Origin: Eledone cirrhosa
Lineage: Eukaryota
NCBI GenBank assembly: GCA_964016885.1
Contig: OZ024745.1
Span: forward strand, 110,422,001-110,486,000
DNA: 64,000 nt
Direction of reading: 5' to 3'
Under the pieces are notes generated by a model, which worked only from the letters and a program-made list of their open reading frames with translations, did not search any database and had not been told where the DNA came from. The translations under genes were made by a program, and so were the position numbers. Positions 13,415 to 26,171 of this stretch are shown piece by piece (position 1 is the stretch's first letter; each line of letters opens with the position of its first letter).

Positions 13415-13620
13415 TAATTGTTTCTGATTTAGGCACAAAGCCAACAATTTTGGGAAAGAGGAAAGTCAATTAAATCGACTCCAGTGTGTTACTAGTACTT
13501 TATTTTATTGACCTTGTAAGGATGAAAGGCAAAGCTAACCTCAGTGGGATTTGAACTCAGAACGTAATGGGCCGTAATTCTATGCCACAAAGCAGGGCAT
13601 CCAACACTACCAATTCTGCC
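13415..13620 (-). mobile_element. SINE family B nested in a P1 MITE (~13275-13690)
   Basis: Family B core; flanks resemble the two halves of the P1 MITE (CTTTTGATACCAAAC... / ...TATGGTAACAAAAAAGGTTA). Confidence 0.7.
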
Positions 13621-13739
13621 AAGAATAGTGCTTGATTATTTGAAAATCATAGTATATTTCATTAGAAATATGGTAACAAAAAAGGTTAGTAGTATTGTTG
13701 CTTTTGTATATAGGTATGTGTTTATTATGTGTTGTCCGG

Positions 13740-13762
13740 AAGTAGTAGTAGCAGCAGCCGTA

Positions 13763-13793
<31 letters not shown>

Positions 13794-13823
13794 CAGCAGC
13801 AGCCGTAGTAGAAGTAGTAGTAG
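13740..13823. repeat. (GTA/GCA)n trinucleotide repeat
   Basis: Direct reading. Confidence 0.95.
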
Positions 13824-14571
13824 CGTTAGGGAATGTTGTAAATGTGTTTGAATGTTTGGGATTTGTTGCATATGTACTGTATATAGTAGTAGCAACTGAG
13901 CACATTGGAGTTTACTGTAGCTACAAAATGAACCCCTTTATCTGGGTGGTCTCTTATTGTTAACTTCTCTGTGTGTACGTGTATATGCTTGTATATGTGT
14001 GTGTGTGTTTTTTTTTCTTTCACTGTGTAGGTGGTCTGTGTGCAGTCTGATAATCTAATGTGAAATAGGGTAAAATTTGAAAGATACTTTTTCAGATTGA
14101 GTGAACTTGTAAAAGTTCCTTTCTTGGCTCATTTCTTAAATGAGGAACAGATTCTATTACAAGCATATCAAAGCGAATTTGTTTTTTTAAATTTTCCTTC
14201 AAGCATTTCCCGTTTATGGTTCTCTAAGCTTACAATATCACTGAAGCAGTATGACTGCTTTCTAAAATAACTGTTTTGAGTGTTCAACACTCATTATATT
14301 TTGTAAAGGTTTTTTATTATATCTTAGGCATACCTCCACGTATGCTTTCACTTAATAAGCAATTTCAAGTTAAGTATGTAAATAGTAAACACACATATGT
14401 GTGCTTGTATATATGCATCCATATTTTGTTGTCATTGTTTCAAATCAGATTATCCACGGGGTTCACCAGTTTTTCTGAGGCAGCCTCTTACAGCCAGATA
14501 TGCTTTCTATTGCCAACGTCTTTAGTTACCTCTTACTATACAGAGGGACATGACATACTTATTCCAAAATG

Positions 14572-14607
<36 letters not shown>

Positions 14608-14817
14608 TCATCATCATTGTTTAACGTCCATTTTCCATGTAAGCATGGGTTATATATATATATCATCATGACTGTCTAACATCTATTCTTCAGGTTTGTA
14701 TGAGTTAGATGATCTGTCGCAGATGATCTGCTAGACAGGCAAGTGTAGGGCTTACTTATAGATTCTAGAGAAGAGCAAAAGCAATAAAGACTGGAAAAGA
14801 TGATTTGAATTTGCTTC

Positions 14818-15275
14818 TAACCCTTTAGCATTTACATTACTCTATGTTTACTATTATATTTTCATGATAAAGGCATTACTTCACATAATTATCTCACATA
14901 ATATTGAATCTGAGATTTTGATATTATTTATTATGAGAACAATACCGTAACGTCAGTATGAAATTAATGAAATTGTTTTTGTAGATCTACATCATCATCA
15001 TCATCATCATCACCGTTTTACGTCCGTTCTTCCATGCTAGCATGGGTTAGACGGGTTGTCTTGTTGTGGGCAGTGTCTGATCGGCTGACCATGCCTTGCT
15101 CATACAGGAACTGTATGCTATATTAACCCTTTAGCATTTAAACTGGCTGTATCCAGCCAGAATTTTCTCACCTCTTTCTGTTCAAACTGGCTGTAACGCC
15201 CAGTTACAGCCAGTTTAAATGCTAAAGGGTTAATATAGCATTTATGTAGATCTACAAAAACAATTTCATTAATTC
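14818..15275. mobile_element. piggyBac-type MITE (family P2) disrupted by an inverted duplication
   Basis: Left end CCCTTTAGCATTTACATTAC at ~14820; the right part of the MITE appears inverted at 15123-15200 and again, shortened and direct, at 15204-15233. Intact P2 copies lie at 24820-25040 and 62919-63126. Confidence 0.7.
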
Positions 15276-15498
15276 AGGACAGTTTCATTAAATATAAAAT
15301 CTCTAACCCAAATGTCTATACCACATATTCACACTGCTGTGACATAACTGACAAACCAATAGAATCAATTCAGAATCCTGTAATTATTTCCAGCAAATAT
15401 CATATGTCCAATTTTCTTAAGTACAATCATATGGTAGTTATCAGTTTAAACTGACAAATATAGTAAATGATCATTTATAGTAATATGTATATTACCAT

Positions 15499-15561
15499 CA
15501 CACACACATATATATATTATATACACAAATATATATGCAAACACATAAGTGTGCATGTGCG

Positions 15562-15610
<49 letters not shown>

Positions 15611-15624
15611 TGAGAGAGAGAGCG

Positions 15625-15655
<31 letters not shown>

Positions 15656-15927
15656 TTCTAAAAATGTATGCAGACTTGAACAGTATTCTAATAAATATGT
15701 GTATACATTTTGGGGGGATATCCTATATATATATGTATATACTTATATATGTGTGTGTGTGTGTGTATGTGTGTGTGTGCAGGTGTGTGTGTGCGAGTGT
15801 ACGTGTGTGACTATATATATATATATATATACACACATACACATTATATATAGATGTATATATATACATACACACACACATACACACTCACACATGTATG
15901 TACATATGTATGTGTGTGTGTATGTGT
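15499..15927. repeat. Compound (TA)n/(GA)n/(TG)n/(CA)n microsatellite
   Basis: Direct reading. Confidence 0.9.
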
Positions 15928-16071
15928 ATTATTGTATTGAAGATAAGAAATATCCTAAGCAGAGAACCATTTTGATTTCAATAATTGATAATAATTTTAT
16001 GGCTTTTTGCATTTGATGACATTTCTCATCAAAGTTTTAAGTAACATGTAATTTTTATCAGTTATCGAATT

Positions 16072-16449
16072 ATGATGGTGGTGATGATGATGATGGTGAT
16101 GATGGTGATGGTGGTGATGATGATGATGATGATGGTGATGATGGTGTTGGTGATGATGGTGGTGATGATGATGGTGGTGATGATGGTGGTGGTGATGATG
16201 GTGATGGTGGTGATGGTGATGGTGGTGATGATGGTGATGATGGTGGTGATGGTGATGGTGGTGATGATGGTGGTGATGATGATGGTAGTGATGATGGTGG
16301 TGATGATGGTGATGGTGTTGGTGTTGGTGGTGATGGTGGTGATGATGGTGGTGGTGGTGATGGTGGTGATGATGGTGATGGTGGTGATGATGATGGTGAT
16401 GATGATGGTGGTGGTGTTGATGATGGTGATGGTGGTGATGGTGATGGTG
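16072..16449. repeat. (GAT/GGT)n trinucleotide array
   Basis: Direct reading; source of the poly-His, poly-Met/Val and poly-Pro/Ser pseudo-ORFs. Confidence 0.95.
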
Positions 16450-17009
16450 AAAATAAATGTGTGGGCAAGGTTTGTAGTTGACGATCACGGTAGCACTGTT
16501 AAAATTACTGTTTATGACGATGATGTTGATGATTATAACATTGATATTGAAGATAACAATAATAGTAATGATGGTGAGGAAAGATACTGACACTGATGAT
16601 TACAATAAATAAATAAATAAAAACTGTTCATTAATCAATCTTCCTTGATTAATCTATAAACAAGTCGTCACAGTCTCATTCCAGCCTTCAATTTAAACTG
16701 AACCATTACATTAGATTCGAGCAGCAGTTTAAAATTGAAGAATTCAAATTATAGAACTAACACAGTACTGCACTAGTTTAGCATGACCCACTACTATACA
16801 TAGTGCTTGCATTAAATTGCCGTTCTTTGAGCTAACAACAGAGAACTTCTACATGGTCACCAGACCTGCAATTAGTAGCAGCTAAATTTCCCTCAAATCC
16901 TACACTACCATCTTAACACTATTGTGACCATATTACTAATGAAATATATTCCATTGCAATTAATTGAGAATTTTAAAGGGTTTTTTAACATTTAATTATT
17001 TCATTACTC

Positions 17010-17505
17010 ATGTGGAGAAGTTCAAGTGTCTTGGGGCTGTGTTTACGAGTGATGGAAGGCAGGAGGCTGAATTAAGTGCAAGAATTGCAGGAGATGGTGC
17101 AGTAATAAGCCAGATTCAGCACTCAGTAATCAGAAGAAGGGATGTTGGTGTAAAAGCCAAATTCGCTATCTTCAATTCAGTATTCGTGCCAACCCTTATC
17201 TATGATCATGAATCATGTCCCTCCAAAGGGTCTTTGGAGTAATATTACTCAATAGATATGTGAATCACTCCAGGTAGAGCCACTGCTTCTCTGAATTGAG
17301 AGATCACAGCTCCTATATTACAGACATGTGGTTAGTATGTCTCAGGAAAGAATCACTGGACAGATTTTATGGGCAATAACAACCACTGGAGACCCAGGGA
17401 TAGACTCTGAGCATGATAGTTGGATAACATCCATGAGCTCAGCTGGTCTCACTTGGTGGTGATCCAGCCAGATCAATTGAAGATAGTTGCTTCTAACAGG
17501 ACCTA
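17010..17505 (+). pseudogene. RTE-clade LINE 3' ORF fragment (Rex3/Expander-like), degraded
   Basis: VEKFKCLGAVFTSDGRQEAELSARI...IFNSVFVPTLIYDHES; same family as 26172-28075. Confidence 0.8.
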
Positions 17506-18107
17506 CTGCTTTAGTGAGGACACTATAGTTAAATAGTTAACTATATAGATCTAGAATTTAAATGCTACTTATTGTATCAATCCCTCCAGAATGAAGCAAA
17601 CCTTGGTTGAGATTTGAACTCAGAACATAAAGCTATGTAAATCTATGCTGCAAGGCAATTTGTTTGATGCTCTACCAATTCTGACACTCTAGTGCTTTGG
17701 GGTTTGGATATCATATTGGCAACCAATTATGTATAAAATGTGAGTAGCAGCATCTTGTGTTACAAAAAAAAAAAAAAAAAGAGCTGCAACAACTTAGATA
17801 AGTTAACACAAAATCAGTTGAAATATATTTTATAGAATAAAGAAATGACTATTGAAGTAATAAAATTAATATTCACTCCACTTATACTTAAAAGATAACA
17901 AGAAGACACCTCTAAATGATGGGAACGTCTTGCTATATCAGGCACCTAAAGCATTGATGACAGAATATATTTCAAGATGTTCTCCTACTTCTCAAATGAA
18001 CTCTCACAAAATTATTAGATTAATATTTAGATTAAGCCTCCAGCTATTGTAGAACCTACTTTTTCTACCTCACTGCTTTGGAATTATAGAAACTAAGCAA
18101 TACCAAT

Positions 18108-18400
18108 TTCATCGTCATCATTATCATCATCATCATCACTACTATCACAATGATTACACGTATTCACTGTTGTCATCATTCATTTAGCTTTGTCATCATC
18201 ATTATCATCATCATTATCATCACCATCATTATCATTTTTATCATCATCATCATCATCTTCATCATCTTCATTATCATTTTTATCATCATCATCATCATCA
18301 TCTTTATGGTCATCATTATCATCATCATCAATTTCATAAAAATAATAATATCAAGATGAAAACAACAACAACAACATCAGTAGTAGTAGCAGCAGTAAGT
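18108..18400. repeat. (CAT)n-rich simple repeat
   Basis: Direct reading. Confidence 0.9.
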
Positions 18401-19439
18401 GCTCATTGGAAAAGGTTATAGTTAAACAGATTGCTTTGATATTCATCCAAGATACCTTTAGGGAAATATTTAATTTAAAAGTGAGTAAAATTTAACTTTT
18501 GATAAACTTTTGTATTGTTCTCTCTCTATCTCTCTTACTCTGCTTCTCTCACTCTCTCTCTTTCTCTTTCCATTATTGTTTAAAAGAAGATATTTTAGAT
18601 AAAAATAAAAACCATAGCCCTGTTGTCAACTAATTGGCTTCTCTTGTCTATTGTGATACATGAATATGTATAGAAAGGATTTGAATAAAGTAGATATTCA
18701 AATCTAACACACACACACACACACACACACACAAATGAGTGTAGATATAATTGTGTGTACAAGTACAATTATAGGTTTGACAGGTGGGTGAAAACATACA
18801 GTTAACTATAGACAAATCATAGAAACAAAAACTTTAGCAGTATAGTATTTAGATAGAAGAAGAAGAATCTCAAAAGCAATAAAGTGGTGAATAGGTCAAT
18901 GTAGCAGAAACTAGAAATTTCAAATAGAAAAACTTAACCACCAGTAAAGAAACAATTTTAACAATGGAATATATAAGCAAAATGTTTCACCAACTGATAT
19001 AATCTCAGATTGTGAAAACCCAAACAGCACATGCTACCATTGAGAATGGACATATGATGATATTTATTTATCTAATCAAATTGAACGTCCGTATAGAGCT
19101 AGTAAGCCATGACAGACTAAGGGAAGTATCTAGTACTTCTTACAGTTGAGAAACAAGATATCAAGATATACAGAGATAAGTGAATATAAAAATAAAGTTT
19201 TAAAAAGTTCAAATAAAATTTTTTAAATATAAATAGGTAAGGCCAACAGGGGCAAAGCCTAAAAAAAAGATGATTATTTCTAAAATTCCGTTCCTGTTTA
19301 TGATTCCAACTGATCAATCTGCAGAAAATTACAATGGTGTTCAGTACAGTATTATCACTGCTATGATTCATCATTATCTTCTTCAATATCATTGTTCAAC
19401 TGTAGTTCGTCTTGTTGTGTCCACAAGAGTGTCAGTTAT

Positions 19440-19725
19440 AAAGCTTGGCTTGATATGGTTCCACCACAGCTGAACATATTGTTGTCATTTCTCATTAAAC
19501 TCTGCAAAGTCCAATGTTGCACAGGGGTGTTCCAGCAGGGGGCATATCAGAAAAGCACATCCAACAACAGATCTTAGTCTTTTTAAGCATTTCCACACTG
19601 CATAGTTTGTATCTGCTCCAAAGGGGCAGTGCCTCGCTCACCTTTAGCTCCATTGTTGTTACTGATGGGAGGTTGTTAAGTTTTTCTTCCCAGCGAGTGA
19701 CTCTTTCACTACTGCAGTAGCAAAT
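19440..19725 (-). pseudogene. Vingi/Ingi-clade LINE C-terminal fragment, degraded
   Basis: Frameshifted reading RVTRWEEKL...SEALP/GADTNYAVWKCLKRLRSVVGC...SCGG resembles the Vingi/Ingi 'LPPG..W..LNRLRTGVGR...C.CG' motif. Confidence 0.6.
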
Positions 19726-20086
19726 GGCCATTATTTTCCTCTACCCATTGCAGCTTTCATAATCAGTTATGTTCCAGTGATTAGCTCTGGTCATGAGCGG
19801 GATTTGAATCCCTAGGTAGACATGAACTTAGAATGCAATGGGCTGGAATAGATACTGAAAAGCATCTTGTCTGATGCTCTAAAGATTCCACAGATACACC
19901 AACAGAAAGTGGTACTTTATTTTATTGGACTAATAAATTTTGTTGACCTTTGAAAGATTTGAACTTAGTATAAAGGAGGAAGCAGTATAATAAGGTTGCA
20001 TGAGTGGTAGATGAGGAAGTAATAGAAGAGAGACAGTGATGATGTGATGTATAGTAAGAGATAGCAAAAATGAAAATAAATCTACA

Positions 20087-20160
<74 letters not shown>

Positions 20161-20626
20161 TACATATTTTCTAATATCCTACAATAATTTCAACACATGT
20201 TATCATCTATGTAAAAAGGTGGGATGTAGCGTTAGAAGCTTCTTTTAGTTACCTGGTGTGTTATCAAGAAGGCTGCACAGGCATATTTTGAAATACATGA
20301 TAAATTTGTGTAAAAAGAAAAAAAGAATAATTTGGTGTGTTCCTTATATGAAATGTGATAAGAACTATAAAGATTGAAGTTCTAAATCTTTAACTTATTA
20401 ATCATAAATTACACATATTACTAGATGCAAGGTTTACTTAGAAATATGTATGAGCCAGACAAACAAAGAATCAAAATATTTTGGTTAGTTACAGCTTCAA
20501 AGCATCACATATTATACCAAATTAACTTAAGAAGTTGAGGTATTAATCATGACTCACATGACTTGGATATGTAAACTTTGCATTGTAATGTAGAAAATTA
20601 AATCATCAAAAAGAAAAATAATTGTA

Positions 20627-20671
<45 letters not shown>

Positions 20672-21574
20672 TGTATATAATTATTTACTGACAGAAATTC
20701 AAACAAACTTGAAATTTATTTTTTCAAATATCTCTATTTTATGAAATGTAGTTTTTGATTGCTTTCAAATAATTATATGTAATATGACAAACTAAAATGT
20801 GTGTGATCTCACATAGGCAAATATATGTTTAATTGAATGTGTGTATGTATGCATATATATATATATATATCTATATATATATATATACATATATATATAC
20901 ATATTCATACATACATATATATATAATGTGTGTATGTGGTATGAAAAGAAAATATTTTATTATTCATAAGAAATGGTAAAATAAGATTTGGCATATTTTG
21001 TAACTTGTGACAAACTTTATCAAGACTAATGGTCATAATATTGAAATACATGACAAGAATAAAATATCTTGAAAAGCCACATTTCAAACAATTAAAAAAA
21101 AGTTCAAAAAATTAAACAAAAATCTTAAATAATTTTTCAAAATATGTTTATACCTTTTTGCTAATTAGGAAAAAGAAAAAATGAATTTCCTCAAACATTT
21201 CTTCAAGAGATGAAATACAGTGGTATTATTTACAATTTAATATAGATTTCATTATTATTTTTTATTTTTTTCTAAAATTTTAACTTTGTTCGTATTAACG
21301 CTTAACTAATTATTAAGAAAAGATTTGTAAAAAAAATCAAAGAATTCATTGTAAATTTTAAACACTTTTACCTGACTACCTGACCTGCATGATTGAAGTT
21401 TTGTTTTGGTTATTAGTTCTTAGTGCATGTGTGATTGCATAACGTAAAGAGAGAGTGACAGAGAGAGAGAGAGATAATGAGGAGGGAGAGACAAAGAGAC
21501 AGTGAGAGAGGGAGAGAATAGTAGAGCAGAGAAACATTTAGAAATAAAAAGAACGATAAGCATAGAAAGAGACT

Positions 21575-21622
<48 letters not shown>

Positions 21623-22509
21623 GTGTTTGTATATATATAGAGAGAGCGGGGGAGAGGGGGGAAGGGAGAGAGGAGGGAAGGAAGAGAAGGAGGAGGGGAG
21701 AGAAAGAGCAATTATATTTAAATGTTTATGTTGCTCTCTTTTTTTTTTTCAATTGCTTTAACTTCATTTATCATCTTTCAAACAACATTTAGCAATTTCT
21801 CTTCTAGAAATTTCAATTTTTATGCACGTAGTGATATGTGGGTGCAGTGAAGAACATGCAAAGCAACAATATGTTATTTAATGTTAAGACATTCAAGATT
21901 CTATAACCATGACTACTGATGATGGTGGAGGTTGTGATGATGATATTGATGATCAATACTAATAAAATTAAAATAATAAAATAAATTGCAGCATGATAAG
22001 CTTATAAGACACAAATTTACAACAAAAAAAACAACAACCCTGGCTCAGTCTATTAGCTGTTAGTATATACTAGGTAGAAAGGCAACACGTTGGAAACATT
22101 AGTAAAGCACTAGAAAAAGTGTCTTGCTCTATTTAGTTACATTCTCTTTATGTTCTGAGTTCAAATTCCACCTGGTTAATATTGCCTTTTGGGGTTAGTA
22201 AAATAAAGTACTAGTCAAGAACTGTGGTTGATATAATTGTCTATTCTCACCCTAATGTATGTGATCTTGTGTTTATGCTAGAATTCACTATATGTCCTAC
22301 AGAAATACAATTAAGCATTAAGAGTTGTTTTGTTAGCTCAGAATGTTATGAGTAAAACTGTTCATATTTTTAGCTTGTGTAGTTTTGGCTTTACTGTGCA
22401 TACTCTTAAATAGAGATCATATATTTACAATGATAAAACTATTGCAACAAGCCAATGAGGAAAAGTCTCTAAATGGTCACTCTTCTTCTTTATCAACTTA
22501 TTTCACAAA

Positions 22510-22625
22510 GGGACATTGGCGGAAGAGTCCTTGAGCACCCCTTCTAATTAATCTGGCTGAATCCCTAAGCAAGACCAGCTGAGCTCATGAATGTTATCAA
22601 ACTATCTTGTCCTTGGTCTACTCTT
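22510..22625 (-). mobile_element. Short 3' fragment of the Rex3-like RTE family
   Basis: GACCAGCTGAGCTCATGAATGTTATCAAACTATCTTG matches 26290-26330. Confidence 0.6.
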
Positions 22626-24819
22626 GCAATATATTTTATGATGTAATGACTCAGCTAATTCGAATGATGGTTCAAAATATTTATACTATTTAACAAGGCT
22701 CTTACATTTCCACTTATTACTTCTGTTAATTCAGAAGTAAAAATGTCTTGTTTTACAACCAAGATTCTTCAACTTTAGAATATATCTATAAAAAAAAAAC
22801 AGACTTCTTATTTAGGGCATTTGTTGGGATTGGACAGAGTTAATGGACCCATAACCAGAACAGAAGTTGGTGATACATTATCTAGGAAAAATCTTACAAT
22901 AAAACACCTTAAAAATGTCCAAATGTTTCCAACTACTATCGAACATTTCCAATATTTGGGTTTGGTACAGTTTCGACTCAAAAAGACTAGAATCAATAAG
23001 CACCTCAATGAACAATATAAATAATATAGATTTTTTTCACACTATCTGATATTTGATTTTTGCTTCATCTACAGGTATCACTATTGTTCCTACTTTAAGT
23101 AAAAATAATATGCAAGCCCTCAAATGAAGTATTCAATAAAATATAAATAAATAAACCCATTCTACATTAATGTATTCAACAAAATTTCTTGTTTTCTTTG
23201 ACAAATATTTCTTGTTTTTCTCTCTGATATGACTTCAATCTAAAATAGATTTTTTTTCTCAGCTCACATTATTTTCAAACTACATGATTTGGTGGTTATT
23301 CATGGAGATTAACACACAATAGCTTTTACTTCAGCTTACAAGCCCATTAGTTATGAAGTCCTATTTGATACTATAGCATGGAAACAAAAAAAGCATTCTT
23401 TTATTATTTCACTAGTTTCAACAGAGCTGGATAAATGAAATATGAAAAAAAAAACTATATACAAAAGCAAAATCATCTCTTTAGAAATAACAATTATTAT
23501 GATAATCCTGAAAAAAAACTTAATTCCTAAAGACCTGATCAAATGAAATGTACTGAAATATATTTTTTAAAAAGTATGACTATATGTTACCCTTGAATGG
23601 TTATTAGCTTGCTTTAATTTGTAAGTGTTTTTTAAAACATTAATATCTTAATCTTTATAATATCTTGATTTGATTTTGATGTTGTTGTTTTTATATTTTT
23701 TTTAATAAAGGGAGAAAGAAATAAAACTATAAGTGAAAGAGAAAGTAACTTATTGATTTATGTTCATCTTCAAAAACCTAATCCCATACACAAATATTTA
23801 TTGAATAATAAATAAACAATAGAAACTAAAAATACTCTCTATGAAATATTTCAGAAATATTTCCAGATGTGTCAAAATGTAACACAAGCTTAAAGTTGGG
23901 ATGAGGATGGAAGGCATGGTTATGGGAGTGATAGTGATGGGGCTTGCTATATTTCAGTAATTGTATTTCAATACTAAATGCATAATAATAATAATAATAA
24001 TATCCAGGTTACCCATCATTAAATAATTATGACCCAACAGCGTTCATTGGTCTGGTTGCCAGCATAAATGTTTGTCTCCAAAAATAACACAATATGGAGC
24101 TATTATTCCAGGGAGTTCAACCAATCAACACATGAAAGGCAACATTCTATTGCATTTTCCTCATCCATTTTTGTCACATGACATTCATACATATTTTGGT
24201 CACTATAATTTCTTTTGCTTTATGGATGACGCTAAATTAAGCTGCTTCCTAGAAACATATTTTTAGTAAAATTCAATTGATATATTTCTATAGGAGAATG
24301 AACACGGTCTTCTTAACCTGCATGAAATAATGTTGTTGTTGTTGTTGTTGTGTTTTTACTTTAGAACAAGAGCATATATTTGTGAAGAAAATATATAGAT
24401 GATTGAATTATTTCCTTCTCTTCATGATTGGCACTTATTTGATCGACTCTAAAGGGAATCAATGAAGGTGCTATTCTAGCCAACAAGAAATCATCTACAT
24501 AGATGTATATGTTAGAAATAGAAGCCTAATCTCCCTCAAATTGCACCAAGGACATACTGGATAATGTAGTCCTAGACATACTCTTTGAAAGATGGAGTAG
24601 CTGCAGCTGTGGAATGATTTTGATTGAGCATTTAAACCTGGCAGATCTCATCTCTTTCCAGGTCAGAATATTAATTATTTCTTCCAGAAAAGCAAGAAAT
24701 GGAAAGAAAGAGAAAGTAAGTTTTTGATATAGAAGAAGAATCAACCCCATTATTGGTTAGATATTTTATCTATTGACCTGGAAATGATGAAATGCAAAGT
24801 TGACCTTGATGGCATTTAA

Positions 24820-25040
24820 CCTTTTAGCATTTAAACTGGCTGAATCTGGCCAGAATTCTCTCACCTCTTTCTGCTCAAACCAGCCATAACCGGCTACTCG
24901 TACCAATGTTAAGGTATGGTTCTCAAAATAAATAACATCAAAATCTCGTAGCTTCGATATTATGTGAGATAATTATGTGAGGTAAAGCCTTTACTGCAAA
25001 AATACAATAGTATATATAAAGTAATGTAAATGGTAAAGGG
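24820..25040. mobile_element. piggyBac-type MITE (family P2) inserted into a SINE B
   Basis: TTAA|CCTTTTAGCATTTAAAC ... GTAAATGGTAAAGGG|TTTAA; the SINE B core resumes on both sides (GTTGACCTTGATGGCAT / CTCAGA). Confidence 0.75.
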
Positions 25041-25824
25041 TTTAACTCAGAGAACAGTGAGTCAGAATGTTTGACCGACATTGCCAATTTGCCATGAATG
25101 AAGAAATTTCATCACCTACAATAAAAATAATAAAAAACAGAAACAAATAAAGCATTAAGTAATTGTTACTTTCCAGAGTATCATTGTACGTATCAGGTCC
25201 ATTCATCATTTAATGACTAATATTCCAAGTTAGTAAGTAAGGTATGGATAATTTCAACAGTTTAAGCATAAGTATGAATTGTTTGTTAGTGCAGTGTTTT
25301 ATGAATGGATATCTTTACTAATTCTAATCACTAAACGAAGACGTTAAACTAATATTTACATTCTAGATTGATTTAATTAGGTGAAGAAATGTGACCTAAC
25401 TTTTTATTATACTATTTATTTCGAAAACTAGAGATTGAGTACATGATCTTTGTATGTCTTCCCAGACTATTTAGATTCATGTGGATAAGGAAACAATATC
25501 ATCCAAGAGGCAAATATTTAAACTCTTAAATTATAGTTTAGTATTTAAACACTTTTGCCAACAAACTGCCTGGTTAACATTTCTTGTAAACATAAAAATA
25601 ATTCAAATAAAAAATAATAAAAATATAAAATATCAGAAAAAATAAACCACTCTAAATCTTGGACTTTCTCATGGAAATAATTGGCAAGTGTAGACTGGTT
25701 TTCTTGAGGTCTATAATGGTTACATCCAACATTCATAAAAAATATTATAATGATTAATTTCTGAAAAACAAACTATGCACTTTCAACTCCGTTGAATAGT
25801 TAACACTAAAAATATGACTTAACT

Positions 25825-26170
25825 GGCACAGGCTTAGCTGTTTGGTAAAAGTGTTCACTTCGCAACCATATGATTTCAGGTTCAGTCCCATTGTATGGCA
25901 CTTTGAATAAGTGTCTTCAACTATAATCTCAGGTTGATTAATGACATCTGAGTGAAATTTGGTACACAGAAACTGCATGGAAGCCCATCATATATGTATG
26001 GTGTGTGTGTTCATATGTACCCATGCTTATATTTACTGTTTAATGTCCTGTAACTTAGCAGTTTAACGAATAAAGGTCAATAAAATAAGTTCCAGATGTG
26101 ATAAAACACATATTGGAGTTAATATAATAAACTAAATTTATTGAAAGTCATGCCCTAGCATAGCTGCACT
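25825..26170 (+). mobile_element. SINE family C
   Basis: tRNA-like head (GGTTCAGTCCCA), body GGCACTTTGAATAAGTGTCTTCAACTATA..GAAGCCCATC. Confidence 0.7.
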
Positions 26171-26171
26171 C

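Noticed and set aside
15997-16593. Poly-His, poly-Met/Val and Pro/Ser-rich ORFs
   Set aside because: All three arise from one stop-free (GAT/GGT)n repeat; there is no complex coding flank or splice evidence.
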